Assembly: GCA_016196885.1 (NCBI GenBank)
Contig: JACPWU010000021.1
Location: 3,618-67,617, forward strand
Length of the DNA stretch: 64,000 bases
Direction of reading: 5' to 3'
From: Chlamydiota bacterium
GTDB taxonomy: Bacteria; Auribacterota; JACPWU01
Each line of letters starts with the position of its first letter. Position 1 is the first letter of the stretch. Shown piece by piece: positions 9,157 to 18,881 of the stretch. The position numbers and the translations under genes were made by a program. Below the pieces are notes generated by a model. The model searched no databases and had not been told where the DNA came from. It saw only the letters and a program-made list of their open reading frames with translations.

Positions 9157-11445
9157 TTAAAATGAATAACCGATATTAAAATCAAATCTCCCCTTGCTGT
9201 CCTGAAACCTGTCCCGATCAATGGGCCAACCATAATCCAAACGGATCGGGCCAATGGGCAACTCCAATCGAAGGCCAATTCCCGCGCCTGCCCTCAAATC
9301 CCCCAAATCAAATTCTCCATAATCCTCATACACATTCCCCGTGTCATAAAAAACAGCTCCGCGAACCTTTTCAATAATGGGAAACGTCAGCTCAGTACTT
9401 CCCATAATCATGGAACTTCCTCCGATGGGTTCACCGTTTTCGTCCTTCGGGCCCACATCTCTAAACTTAAAACCGCGAATGGTATTGGCCCCCCCTAAGA
9501 AAAATCTTTCGAAAAGGGGAACTCGATCCGTATCTCCGAAACTGTCCACCAAGCCCGCTTGACCACTCAAACGTAAAACGAGGGACAAGGGCAGGGGAAA
9601 ATAAATGCTGTGCTTGGTCACATATTTCGTAAAATCGCGGTCAAGGCCCAGCGGTCCCCCTGCCAGCTCTCCACTGATCGCATTTCGCATGCCCCGAGTG
9701 GGAGAAAGGGCGCTGTCGCGGGTATCCCGCGTCAGGGCCAATTCGATGCTGCTCACATCGGCTGTCCCTTCCTCTTGCTTAATGGCATCCGAGGCCTTAT
9801 CCGAAACATTTCGAATTTCATCCTCCTCCAAGGTGTAGGTCAAATCCGCTCTCACAAACTCCATCAATCTCTTCCCCAATCGAAGATCTCCTCCGGTTCT
9901 TCTTTCATCATAAACATCGCTCAAGAAACGGCTGTCCCTTCGGTAAAGATCCATACCGAAAGAGATCGGACGGTCAAAAAGCCACGGCTCTGTCCAGCTC
10001 AACGTATAATCCTGGCGCTTGGTTCCCACCTGGGCTCGAATCCGAAGCTTCTGGCCATCGCCCGTAAAGGTGGGGAAACTCTTCCAATCAAAATTCTTTT
10101 GAGTGAGTTCCACAAAACCAATCAAATTATCAATCGAGCTGAAACCCGCCCCAAATCCGATCTCTCCCGTCTTCGTTTCCTCCACATCAACTAAAAGATC
10201 CTTGTGATCCTCTTTATCCGTGGACTCAATGTCCATGTAGACGGTTTTGAAATATCCCAAATTCATCAAGCGCTCTTGGCTGCGGCGCACCTTGACCCCA
10301 TTAAAAACCTCGCCCGGCTTCACGGCCAATTCCCGCCGAATTACAATGTCTTTGGTCTTCGTATTGCCCCGAATCTTAATCTCGTTTAAATAAGACATCT
10401 GGTTTTCCGTAATGGAATACGTGACATCAATACACTTGGTTTTGTCATTGTAAACAGTCTGGGGGCCAATCACCGCATCCACGTAGCCCTTGGCCAAATA
10501 ATAATCCCGGATCTGATTCACATCATTCCTCAATTTATCCGGCGTAAAAATCTGCCCAGGGGTCATTTTAAAAGGCTGGGTGATCTCTTGAGTCGGGAAT
10601 GTCTCATTGCCCTCCATGACCACCTGTCCTACATAATAGAAGGAGCCCTCCTCTACCGTGATGAGAAGGGTCATCCTTCGACCCGTCTTGTCATAAGAAA
10701 ATTTCACATCTTTAATTTCGGCATCAATGTAACCTTGAGAGCGATAAAACTCCAGTAAGCGTTCTTTATCCTCTTCAAAAACATCCTCGTTGAAATTGCC
10801 CCCGAAAAAGATGAAAGGCCTTCGGGTTTTCATTACCTTGCGAAGACGCTTGGTGGGGATGGCTTTATTTCCTGAAAAATCCACCCGCCGAATCTTGATA
10901 TGAGCTCCCTCATGCACGTGGATGATGATGGCCGCATGTCCGATCTCCTTATCAATGGAGAGAGAATAATCCACTTGAGTATTGGGATAACCCTTGTCCC
11001 GGTAGAAATCCTTAATCGCCTGAACATCCTCTTTGAGCTGAGTTTCATTGAGGCGGTCCCCAATGGCCAATTTCATTTTTTTCTTCAAGGCCTTCTCATT
11101 AAATTTTTTATTTCCCTCAAAAACGATTTCCTTCACAATGGGTTTTTCAACCACGATAAAAGTCACCACCCACCCATCAAAATCCTCGTATACATCCACC
11201 TGGACATCAGAGAAATAGCCCATCGCGTAGAGGCGCTTCAAATCATCGTCCACATCGGACTGCTGGAAGGAAGAGCCCTCATGTGTCTTTGCCCGGGACA
11301 GAATAAGATCCCGATTGATCGAGCGATTGCCCTGGACCTCCACCTTCTTCACAAGCTTCTCACCGGACGCTGCCCAAAGGAATGTTCCCTGGCTCGTAAA
11401 GGCAATCCAAAAAACAAACAGACTTAAAATCATCTTCCGTATCAT
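9157..11445 (-). CDS. bamA: Outer membrane protein assembly factor BamA
   Basis: POTRA repeats followed by a C-terminal 16-strand barrel ending in aromatic residues (NIGYSF); start trimmed to the Met of MIRKMILSLFVFWIAF (signal peptide). Confidence 0.8.
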   Translation of the reverse strand: MIRKMILSLFVFWIAFTSQGTFLWAASGEKLVKKVEVQGNRSINRDLILSRAKTHEGSSFQQSDVDDDLKRLYAMGYFSDVQVDVYEDFDGWVVTFIVVEKPIVKEIVFEGNKKFNEKALKKKMKLAIGDRLNETQLKEDVQAIKDFYRDKGYPNTQVDYSLSIDKEIGHAAIIIHVHEGAHIKIRRVDFSGNKAIPTKRLRKVMKTRRPFIFFGGNFNEDVFEEDKERLLEFYRSQGYIDAEIKDVKFSYDKTGRRMTLLITVEEGSFYYVGQVVMEGNETFPTQEITQPFKMTPGQIFTPDKLRNDVNQIRDYYLAKGYVDAVIGPQTVYNDKTKCIDVTYSITENQMSYLNEIKIRGNTKTKDIVIRRELAVKPGEVFNGVKVRRSQERLMNLGYFKTVYMDIESTDKEDHKDLLVDVEETKTGEIGFGAGFSSIDNLIGFVELTQKNFDWKSFPTFTGDGQKLRIRAQVGTKRQDYTLSWTEPWLFDRPISFGMDLYRRDSRFLSDVYDERRTGGDLRLGKRLMEFVRADLTYTLEEDEIRNVSDKASDAIKQEEGTADVSSIELALTRDTRDSALSPTRGMRNAISGELAGGPLGLDRDFTKYVTKHSIYFPLPLSLVLRLSGQAGLVDSFGDTDRVPLFERFFLGGANTIRGFKFRDVGPKDENGEPIGGSSMIMGSTELTFPIIEKVRGAVFYDTGNVYEDYGEFDLGDLRAGAGIGLRLELPIGPIRLDYGWPIDRDRFQDSKGRFDFNIGYSF

Positions 11446-11467
11446 GACTCCGCCCCCTCTTTTGAAT

Positions 11468-11626
11468 CCAAGGACAGAGATAGAAAATGAGAATCGAGAC
11501 GCGACAGGTTGGCCCAGATGGACTTGAAGAAAACGTAGGCATACCTGCAAGGTACGTCGAGGCTTTCTGAAAGTCCAGATGGGCCAAGATGTCGCGTCGA
11601 ATTCCATTTTCTATCTCTCTCCTTGG
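11468..11626. repeat. Large hairpin element L (two ~55-bp arms, ~50-bp loop) between dnaB and bamA; possible 5-bp TSD ttgaa
   Basis: Left arm ccaaggacagagatagaaaatgagaatcgagacgcgacaggttggcccagatggac pairs with right arm gtccagatgggccaagatgtcgcgtcgaattccattttctatctctctccttgg. Confidence 0.55.
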
Positions 11627-12993
11627 GTTGAACTATGATTTTCAAAACGTGTGTACTCACTGATGAAGGTTAATTTTAAATCTCCCGTCGGCCCATTCCT
11701 CTGTTTGGCAATCATGATGTCGGCCTCGCCGGGAGAATCTTCTGGATTATAATACTCTCTTCTTAAAAGAAGCACCACTGTATCAGCATCCTGTTCAATG
11801 GCCCCCGATTCTCGCAAATCCGAAAGCCGAGGTTTATTCTCAGGACGATTCTCAGCCGCCCGATTCAACTGAGAGAGAACGAGCACTGGAACATTCAACT
11901 CTCGGGCCAGGGCCTTTAAAGAACGGCTGATCTCTGAAATTTCCTGCTGCCGATTTTCAGATTTATTGCTGGAAGTCTGCATCAATTGAAGATAATCAAT
12001 CACCAAAAGACGAATGTCATAGGCCGCCTTAAACCGCCGGGCCTTGGCCCTCAGCTCCGTTACGGAAAGACCCGGCGTATCATCAATGTAAAGCGGGGCC
12101 TCGGAAAGCATGCTGGCCGAAGTCACCAATTGCGACCAATCTTTATTCGCAAGAAATCCCCTTCGAACATGATGAAGATTCACCCGGGCATGAGAACATA
12201 AAAACCGCTGCACCAATTGCTCCTTGGACATTTCAAGGCTGAAAATCCCAACCGGCATTTTCTCCACCACGGCCACATGCTCCGCAATGTTCAGCGCAAA
12301 AGCCGTTTTCCCCATCGAGGGCCTGGCCGCAATGACAATCATGTCCGAAGCCTGAAGCCCCGAGGTCCGCTCGTCAAAATCTGCAAAACCGGTTGAAAGC
12401 CCGAGAAGCGCCCCCTTTTTCTGAAAGGCCCGGTCAATCGCCTCCATGCTCTGACGCACCAAATCCTTGAAGGGGAGATTGGAAGTGATTTGAGATCGCT
12501 TCTCGACAATGTCAAAAATCTTTTGCTCGGCCACATCCAAAAGCTTATCTACGGATTCTGGACCCTCATAACATTTGGAAATAATCTCGCTCGCGGTATG
12601 AATTAAATTTCTCAAAACCGCTTTTTCGCGAACAATGCTCACATATTCTTCAACATGCGACGAGGAAGGCACCGCTTGTGGCAAGAGGGCAAGCGTACTT
12701 GCACCTCCCACCATCTCAATTTCATTCGCCTTTGAGAGAAATTCCGTCAAGGTAATCAGATCCAAAGGCCGATTGTGATCGTAAAGTTGAATCAGGGCAT
12801 TAAAAACTTTCCGATGAGATTCCAGATAAAAACTATCAGGTTTCAACTGAGAAATCACCGTCGGAATGACCTCTTGATCAATCAAAATCGAGCCGAGAAC
12901 GCCCATTTCGGCTTCGAGATTTTGAGGAGGTAATTTCTCGATGGGAACACCTGCAACTGACTTCATTCTGATAAAACCTCTAGGCCTTGACAA
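11611..12993 (-). CDS. dnaB: Replicative DNA helicase DnaB
   Basis: 460 aa; N-terminal PPQNLEAEMGVLGS, Walker A ARPSMGKTAFALN, RecA-like C-terminal domain. Confidence 0.85.
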   Translation of the reverse strand: MSRPRGFIRMKSVAGVPIEKLPPQNLEAEMGVLGSILIDQEVIPTVISQLKPDSFYLESHRKVFNALIQLYDHNRPLDLITLTEFLSKANEIEMVGGASTLALLPQAVPSSSHVEEYVSIVREKAVLRNLIHTASEIISKCYEGPESVDKLLDVAEQKIFDIVEKRSQITSNLPFKDLVRQSMEAIDRAFQKKGALLGLSTGFADFDERTSGLQASDMIVIAARPSMGKTAFALNIAEHVAVVEKMPVGIFSLEMSKEQLVQRFLCSHARVNLHHVRRGFLANKDWSQLVTSASMLSEAPLYIDDTPGLSVTELRAKARRFKAAYDIRLLVIDYLQLMQTSSNKSENRQQEISEISRSLKALARELNVPVLVLSQLNRAAENRPENKPRLSDLRESGAIEQDADTVVLLLRREYYNPEDSPGEADIMIAKQRNGPTGDLKLTFISEYTRFENHSSTQGER

Positions 12994-13420
12994 CCACCAC
13001 TTTTAATGAAGCTTCTACTTGGCTGTGTAATTTCACCGTGGCCTTAAAATCTCCAAGCGACTTAATCGCTTCTAAATGAATCTTCCTGCGATCTAACAAA
13101 ATATCCTGTTTTTTTAAAGCTTGGGCCACATCTAAATGGGTCACAGAACCATACAATTTATTTTCTTTTCCCACACGTACGGGGATTTGACACTCCAAAG
13201 ATTCCAGACGCGACTTTAAGGCTTGAGACTCTTCCAAAATCTTCTTCTCGGACGCCTCACGATTCTTAGCCACATCCTTCGCCATGCGAATCACACCCTG
13301 ATTCGCCAAGAGAGCCAAATGACGAGGAATCAAAAAATTACGGGCATACCCATCCGCCACTTTGACCACGGCACCTGCGTCACCCAATTTTTCTATTTTC
13401 TCTAATAATAAAACTTCCAT
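12980..13420 (-). CDS. rplI: 50S ribosomal protein L9
   Basis: 146 aa; MEVLLLEKIEKLGDAGAVVKVADGYARNFLIP is a typical L9 N-terminus. Confidence 0.85.
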   Translation of the reverse strand: MEVLLLEKIEKLGDAGAVVKVADGYARNFLIPRHLALLANQGVIRMAKDVAKNREASEKKILEESQALKSRLESLECQIPVRVGKENKLYGSVTHLDVAQALKKQDILLDRRKIHLEAIKSLGDFKATVKLHSQVEASLKVVVVKA

Positions 13421-13438
13421 AATTGCTTATCTCCTTAA

Positions 13439-13507
13439 AACAGCGGTCAGCATTCAGTGTTCAGCAAAAAAATAAACTCCCTATAAAACTGAACGCTAAA
13501 CGCTGTC
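13439..13507. repeat. Repeat F1 (rpsR-rplI intergenic)
   Basis: aacagcggtcagc...aaaaaaataaactccctataaaactgaacgctaaacgctgtc; terminal acagcg/cgctgt inverted repeat. Confidence 0.5.
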
Positions 13508-13509
13508 TT

Positions 13510-13812
13510 TTATTGATCAATCACATGCGGGATCAGAGCAATATACCTCGCCCTTTTCACGGCCTCTGCCAATTGCCGTTCATGAGAAGAGCAATTCCCT
13601 GTGATTCTTCGAGGAATGATTTTCCCACGCTCCGTCAAATTTTTTCTCAAGCGATTCGTGTCTTTGTAATCAATGGCCTCGACATTATCCAAGCAAAACT
13701 TACACTTCTTCTTGCGAATCACCTTCTCTTCGCGTTCGGCTTTACGATCCTCACGCTTCTTATCATCTCTTCTGCGATCATCTCTGTCTCTAAAAAACAT
13801 GTTTCTTTCCAT
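13510..13812 (-). CDS. rpsR: 30S ribosomal protein S18
   Basis: S18 core [38 protein letters not shown]. Confidence 0.85.
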   Translation of the reverse strand: MERNMFFRDRDDRRRDDKKREDRKAEREEKVIRKKKCKFCLDNVEAIDYKDTNRLRKNLTERGKIIPRRITGNCSSHERQLAEAVKRARYIALIPHVIDQ

Positions 13813-13829
13813 AACTTCCCCTTTATTAT

Positions 13830-13913
13830 GTACCGATGTGCCGATGTGTCAATGCGCCGATGTGCCGATGAAATCAATCATTTTTTGACATCGGTACATT
13901 GGCACATCGGCAC
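13830..13913. repeat. ssb-rpsR intergenic hairpin built from tandem CCGATGTG units and their inverted complements
   Basis: gtaccgatgtgccgatgtgtcaatgcgccgatgtgccgatg-loop-catcggtacattggcacatcggcac. Confidence 0.55.
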
Positions 13914-13920
13914 AATTTAC

Positions 13921-14346
13921 TCAAAAAGGAATATCATCCTCGGACGGATGCTCTTCTTCAGCTTCCACCCCTGCCTCTCTGGCAGGAACCGTTGCCTCTT
14001 GTGGAGAGGATCCCTTGGGACGACCTAAAAATTGAATCCGATTGGCACTGACCTTCAAACGGCTCCTCTTCTCCCCTTCTTTCGTCTCCCAAGAATCCAG
14101 CTGGAGGCGCCCCTCGACTAAAATCGGAGAACCCTTTGTCAAATACTGACCCGCCGTTTCCGCCTGACGGCCCCAGACCACAATATCCACAAAACAAACT
14201 TCTTCTTTCTTTTCTCCTGTCTTTGAAAGGTAAACACGGCTCGTGGCCAAACCCAGATCTGCGACCGCTTGTCCCCCAGACGTGTATCTCACTTCAGGAT
14301 CCCTTGTGAGCCGACCCACCAAAAAAACACGATTTAGATCTGCCAT
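13921..14346 (-). CDS. ssb: Single-stranded DNA-binding protein
   Basis: MADLNRVFLVGRLTRDPEVRYT OB fold with acidic C-terminal tail DDIPF. Confidence 0.85.
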   Translation of the reverse strand: MADLNRVFLVGRLTRDPEVRYTSGGQAVADLGLATSRVYLSKTGEKKEEVCFVDIVVWGRQAETAGQYLTKGSPILVEGRLQLDSWETKEGEKRSRLKVSANRIQFLGRPKGSSPQEATVPAREAGVEAEEEHPSEDDIPF

Positions 14347-14410
14347 ACACACCTCCTTTTCCGAGCCGGCGGCTTTTAATATTTAACAGTTATACGCCCT
14401 CGATGGCCCT

Positions 14411-14515
14411 GGTAGTCGCCCGATTCATCGGGCAATCCCTTGTAGTCACCCGATTCATCGGGCAAGATCCATGCAAGGGGCAAGGGACACGGCCCCATCC
14501 ATGGGGCGACTGCAA
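14411..14515. repeat. Degenerate A-family fragment in the ssb-rpsF intergenic region
   Basis: Two tandem cgcccgattcatcgggcaa hairpin modules plus ccatggggcgactgc. Confidence 0.5.
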
Positions 14516-14534
14516 ATTCTTCAAAAGCGCTTGA

Positions 14535-14816
14535 TTAATTCTTAATCAGGAGATATCTCAACACCTGAGCAGAAGTCCTAAGTTTGCTCTCCATCTTGCG
14601 CACGCCTTCAGAGGAAGATTGAAAGACCAAAAGGACATAAGTCCCTTCCCGAAATCCTTTCACTTTATAAGAAAGCATTTTCTTTCCTTGAATCTCACGA
14701 GTTTGAACACTTCCCCCCGCACTTGCCAATTCAGTCTCGAATCCTTTAACCCATTTCTCTGCCTCAGCATCCTGCAAAGCTGGATCTAAAATCATCATGG
14801 TTTCGTAGTTCTTCAA
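14535..14816 (-). CDS. rpsF: 30S ribosomal protein S6 (TTG start with strong SD AAGGAGG)
   Basis: MKNYETMMILDP aligns to S6 N-termini; canonical rpsF-ssb-rpsR-rplI order. Confidence 0.8.
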   Translation of the reverse strand: MKNYETMMILDPALQDAEAEKWVKGFETELASAGGSVQTREIQGKKMLSYKVKGFREGTYVLLVFQSSSEGVRKMESKLRTSAQVLRYLLIKN

Positions 14817-14834
14817 AACAAACCTCCTTTAAAT

Positions 14835-14920
14835 GAGCGTACAGCGTTGAGCGGACAGCGTACAGAAAAACAAATCCGCTCCCTGTAAACTAAACGCTAA
14901 ACGCTGTCCGCTGAACGCTT
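14835..14920. repeat. Repeat F2 (rpsF 5' leader; encodes last codons of pth)
   Basis: gagcgtacagcgttgagcggacagcgtacag...ctccctgtaaactaaacgctaaacgctgtccgctgaacgctt. Confidence 0.5.
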
Positions 14921-15505
14921 ATTTTTCTCTTTCGACTGAGCGTCACTCAAACATTTCTCAGCGGTATCAAGACCTTCCCCCACAAAGGCCATGACAAATT
15001 TGCAGGCCTTCTGAACCATTTTCTCAGTGCTGTCTAATTCGGACAAAGAAAAGGGACTCAACACATGCTTGGCATAATCTTCCTCTTTGTCCTCGGGAAG
15101 ACCTACCCCCATGCGAAGCCTTGGAATTTCAAGGGTTGCACATGATTCCAAAATCGAAAGAAGACCCTTATGCCCGCCGGAACTCCCTCGGGGCCGAAAA
15201 CGCAAATGGCCCAGCTTCAAAAAAACATCGTCTAGTATAACCAAACTCTCTTGGCCAGACAATTTAAAATATTCCAGAATCTTTCGAAACGCCCGGCCGC
15301 TGTGGTTCATGTAAGTGGCGGGTTTGACCAAAAGAAAATCCTGACCCGCTCTCTTTCCCTCAGCAACCAGGCTTTCCCATCTAGATTCACGACGGAAACG
15401 GATGTCACATGCCCTTGCCAATTCATCCATCACCCAAAATCCGACATTGTGCCGTGTCGCGTGATATTTTTCGTCAGGATTGCCCAGGCCCACCAACATC
15501 CTCAT
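14897..15505 (-). CDS. pth: Peptidyl-tRNA hydrolase
   Basis: MRMLVGLGNPDEKYHATRHNVGF is a typical Pth N-terminus; 3' end is encoded by an F-family repeat. Confidence 0.8.
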   Translation of the reverse strand: MRMLVGLGNPDEKYHATRHNVGFWVMDELARACDIRFRRESRWESLVAEGKRAGQDFLLVKPATYMNHSGRAFRKILEYFKLSGQESLVILDDVFLKLGHLRFRPRGSSGGHKGLLSILESCATLEIPRLRMGVGLPEDKEEDYAKHVLSPFSLSELDSTEKMVQKACKFVMAFVGEGLDTAEKCLSDAQSKEKNKRSADSV

Positions 15506-15635
15506 AATGACCAATCTCCCATTTCCAATGACAAATAAATGACCAACACCCCATTTCCAACGATTCAAGATGTGGGAAATGAGTCATTGGAGAATTGGAA
15601 ATTAATTTGACATTTGTTATTGGTCATTGATCGAT

Positions 15636-16376
15636 TTATTTCTTCTTCTCAGCTTCTTTTCCTTCCCCTTCCTTCTTCTGGGCCGCGGGTTCTTTCTTCT
15701 CACCCTTTTCAAGAGGAGCCGCCGCACCTTCAGCTCCCTCAGCAGGCTCCTTCGCCTTACCGATGACCTCAGGCTCCGTAATCTCGGCTTCCTTCGGTGT
15801 CTCTTCTTCCATCTTCGGCAATGCCACGGAGAAAACGCTGATCTCCTTGGCGGTCAAAATGTCCACACCCTCGGGAGGAACAATATCCCGAACGGAAATC
15901 GAGGCGCCTAAATTTAAATTTGAAACATCCACCACCAGGACTTGTGGAATGTTCATGGGCAAACACTCAATTTCTACTTCGCGCAAGGTACATTCCAAAA
16001 CACCGCCCTCTTGTGTCACCCCCATGGGATCGCCTTTGCCCTCGACACGAACCTTCGTTCGCAATTTCTTTTCCATGGAAACTTCCTGAAAATCCACATG
16101 AATCACACAATCCTTCAAGGGATCCATCTGGACATCGCGAATCAAGGCCATTCTTCCCTTTTTCGTTTCTTGATTTTCCAAATCCAGCCGTACAATCAAA
16201 TTTTCAAAGGCATGCCCCTTCACCACTTTTCCAAAATCCTTGGCGTCCATTTTAATCGCCGTTGCGGGCTTCCCATCCCCATAAATGACCGCGGGAATAA
16301 ACCCCGCGCGGCGCAGCCGCTCAACAGATTTTCCTTTTTCCTGCCTCTCTTCAGCCTTCAACAAAAGATCCGCCAT
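15636..16376 (-). CDS. rplY: 50S ribosomal protein L25 / general stress protein Ctc
   Basis: L25/Ctc beta-barrel domain with a Lys/Glu/Ala-rich C-terminal tail. Confidence 0.8.
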   Translation of the reverse strand: MADLLLKAEERQEKGKSVERLRRAGFIPAVIYGDGKPATAIKMDAKDFGKVVKGHAFENLIVRLDLENQETKKGRMALIRDVQMDPLKDCVIHVDFQEVSMEKKLRTKVRVEGKGDPMGVTQEGGVLECTLREVEIECLPMNIPQVLVVDVSNLNLGASISVRDIVPPEGVDILTAKEISVFSVALPKMEEETPKEAEITEPEVIGKAKEPAEGAEGAAAPLEKGEKKEPAAQKKEGEGKEAEKKK

Positions 16377-16385
16377 AACCCCTCC

Positions 16386-17321
16386 TTATAAAAACAGCGA
16401 ACTCACAGATTCATTCTCATGAATGCGTCGAATCGCCTCTCCTAAAAGTTCAGAAACGGTTAACACCTTAATTTTTCCATCCAACTTTTTATCCTTCAAA
16501 GGGATGCTATCTGTCACCAGCAATTCCTTGATATGGGCCTTTTGAATTCTCTCTACTGCAGGGCCTGAAAGAATCGCATGGGCTGCTGTAGCGTAAATTT
16601 CGCTCGCCCCATTTTCATGCACAATTTTAGCGGCCTCGGCCAAGGATCCCGCCGTCGCAATCATGTCATCCACAATAATCGCGGCCTTTCCCCTGACATC
16701 CCCAATCAAATGAAGCACCTCCGCATCCGTTGCATTTACACGCCTCTTATCTACAATCGCCAAATCAGCTCCCAGCCTTGTTGCAAAGGCCCGGGCCCGC
16801 TTAATCCCTCCCACATCGGGAGTCACAATGACCCTGTTCTTTAAATTCAAGTCCTTTAAATAACGAATAAAAACCGGTGCCGAAAAAAGATGATCCAAGG
16901 GAATATCGAAAAATCCCTGAATCTGATCCGCATGTAAATCCATCGTCAAAACACGATCCGCACCGGCCGCCGTAATTAAATTGGCCACGAGCTTCGCCGT
17001 GATGGGAACCCGGGGCCTGTCCTTGCGATCCTGCCGTGCATACCCATAAAAAGGAAGCACCACGGTAAGCCTCGCCCCTGAGGCCCGGACAATGGCATCC
17101 ATGATAATCAAAAGCTCCATCATGTTTTCATTGGCCGGGGGACACGTGGACTGCACCACGAAAACATCCCGCCCCCGAATGTCTTGATTGATGCGAACAA
17201 AAATCTCCCCCTCGCTGAACCTGGAAATCTCAATTTCGCCCAAGGGGATTTTTAAATAATCCGCGATTCTTTTCGCCAACTCAGGATTCGACGTACCTGA
17301 GAAAATGACCATTTCTTTCAT
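16386..17321 (-). CDS. prs: Ribose-phosphate pyrophosphokinase
   Basis: 311 aa; PRPP-binding motif region DLHADQIQGFFDIP and VDDMIATAGS. Confidence 0.85.
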   Translation of the reverse strand: MKEMVIFSGTSNPELAKRIADYLKIPLGEIEISRFSEGEIFVRINQDIRGRDVFVVQSTCPPANENMMELLIIMDAIVRASGARLTVVLPFYGYARQDRKDRPRVPITAKLVANLITAAGADRVLTMDLHADQIQGFFDIPLDHLFSAPVFIRYLKDLNLKNRVIVTPDVGGIKRARAFATRLGADLAIVDKRRVNATDAEVLHLIGDVRGKAAIIVDDMIATAGSLAEAAKIVHENGASEIYATAAHAILSGPAVERIQKAHIKELLVTDSIPLKDKKLDGKIKVLTVSELLGEAIRRIHENESVSSLFL

Positions 17322-17338
17322 ATCACACCTTTTAAAAT

Positions 17339-17429
17339 AGAAGTCAGAATTCAGAAGTCAGAATAATAAGGAGGTTATTTTATTCTGAATTCTGTCTTCT
17401 TACTTCTGTTTTCTGACTTCTGAATTCTG
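17339..17429. repeat. Palindromic element I1 (CAGAA/TTCTG-rich) spanning the prs-glmU junction
   Basis: agaagtcagaattcagaagtcagaataataagg...ttattctgaattctgtcttcttacttctgttttctgacttctgaattctg; right arm encodes the glmU C-terminus. Confidence 0.5.
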
Positions 17430-18680
17430 TTGTAATATCTTCGCCGGCACTCCCACCACCACAGCTCCATCTGGAATATTTTTCCCGCGTGTCACCACAG
17501 CACCCGCTCCCGTCACCGCCCTTTTCCCCATCTGCACAGGTGCCACAAAAATGGTCCCGCTTCCGACAAAAGCCCCTTCATCAATCTGAGTTGTGTGTTT
17601 GGCCTCCCCATCATAATTGGCCGTGATCGTTCCTGCGCCTACATTCACATGAGGACCCACTTGGGCATTCCCCAAATAGGTCAAATGCTTTGCCTTCGTC
17701 CCCTCTCCTATTTGAGAAGCCTTTACCTCCACAAAATTTCCAATCTCCACGCGGTCGGATAAATTTGTCCCCCCGCGAATATGGGTAAAGGGTCCAATCT
17801 CGCATGAGCGACCGATCTTCACCTCTCCTTCAATGACCGTAAAAGGATGAATCACCGAATCTTGTCCAATCTCTACCGTTTCATCAATGAAGGTAGAGGC
17901 AGGATCTATCAGCGTCACTCCCTGATACATCAAGTTTTCCAGCACTCTTTGACGCAAGACTTTTTCGGCTTGCGCCAACTGAGCCCTGGAATTGATGCCC
18001 ATGATCTCATGGGCATCATCCACACAATACGCGGATATGGGCTTATTTTGAAGAGCTAAAATCTGAATCGCATCGGTCAAATAAAGCTCATTTTTCTCCG
18101 GATGAATTTGAATTTCATTCAGCGCATCCTGAAGGGCCGGCCAATCAAAACAATAGGTTCCGGAGTTAATTTCCTCAATGGCCTTTTCGTAAACCGTTGC
18201 GTGAGCCTCTTCTACAACACTAATCACTTCATCGTTACCACCGCGGACAATACGGCCATAACCGGTTGGATTAGGAAGCCTCCCTGTCAAAATCGCTCCA
18301 TAGTATTGATCTTGCTCATGTTTTTCAACAAATTTTTTCAAAGTTTCTAAACGAAGGAGTGGGGCATCCGCACATAAAATTAAAACATCCCCCTGCCATT
18401 TTTTTAAAAAGGACCGAGCTGCCAGCACGGCATGCGCTGTCCCGAGGGGTTTTTCTTGAACTGCAAATTCAAAACCGGCGGGTAACTCTTTCTCAAGGGC
18501 CTCCCCTTGAGGACTCACAACCACAATTTTTTTCTCCAGAGGTAAACCCCCACACAGCTCTGCACTACGGCGAATCAAAGACTTTCCACATACTTGATGA
18601 AGCACCTTGGGAATAGAAGATTTCATCCTCTTGCCCTCTCCCGCCGCTAAAATAATGGCGATCATGCCTTTTTTCTCCAT
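17400..18680 (-). CDS. glmU: Bifunctional GlcNAc-1-phosphate uridyltransferase / glucosamine-1-phosphate acetyltransferase
   Basis: N-terminal nucleotidyltransferase motif LAAGEGKRMKS plus C-terminal hexapeptide-repeat acetyltransferase domain; last codons overlap a palindromic I-family repeat. Confidence 0.8.
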   Translation of the reverse strand: MEKKGMIAIILAAGEGKRMKSSIPKVLHQVCGKSLIRRSAELCGGLPLEKKIVVVSPQGEALEKELPAGFEFAVQEKPLGTAHAVLAARSFLKKWQGDVLILCADAPLLRLETLKKFVEKHEQDQYYGAILTGRLPNPTGYGRIVRGGNDEVISVVEEAHATVYEKAIEEINSGTYCFDWPALQDALNEIQIHPEKNELYLTDAIQILALQNKPISAYCVDDAHEIMGINSRAQLAQAEKVLRQRVLENLMYQGVTLIDPASTFIDETVEIGQDSVIHPFTVIEGEVKIGRSCEIGPFTHIRGGTNLSDRVEIGNFVEVKASQIGEGTKAKHLTYLGNAQVGPHVNVGAGTITANYDGEAKHTTQIDEGAFVGSGTIFVAPVQMGKRAVTGAGAVVTRGKNIPDGAVVVGVPAKILQQNSEVRKQK

Positions 18681-18810
18681 GAATCACTCCGAAAGTTGGC
18701 TAAAATTAGGATTTCGAATTTCGTGTTTATTCCTAAATGGCATACCTCAAATATTTTTCACACTTTATGCTTCTCTCAACCCCTACTTCTCCTTTATACT
18801 CTCTTTCCAC

Positions 18811-18881
18811 TGCCCGGTGGTGTAATGGTAACACAGCAGTTTTTGGAGCTGCTTTTCTAGGTTCGAATCCTAGCCGGGCAG
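18811..18881 (+). tRNA. tRNA-Gln (anticodon UUG)
   Basis: Hand-folded cloverleaf: acceptor tgcccgg/ccgggca with U1-A72 typical of tRNA-Gln, D-stem gtgt/acac, anticodon stem gcagt/gctgc with loop ttTTGga, T-arm ctagg-ttcgaat-cctag. Confidence 0.8.

Noticed and set aside
11360-11660. ORFs 11360..11587 and 11442..11660 between dnaB and bamA
   Set aside because: They are translations across the L hairpin element and the bamA upstream region. They overlap each other and the true bamA start.
13830-13913. Tandem CCGATGTG units as a possible CRISPR array
   Set aside because: Units are 8 bp with no spacers and are mirrored by their reverse complements. It is a hairpin-forming microsatellite, not a repeat-spacer array.
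18811-18881. Reading the tRNA on the minus strand
   Set aside because: GGTTCGAATCC T-loop and a 7-nt anticodon loop with UUG only form on the plus strand. The minus-strand reading lacks a T-loop consensus.
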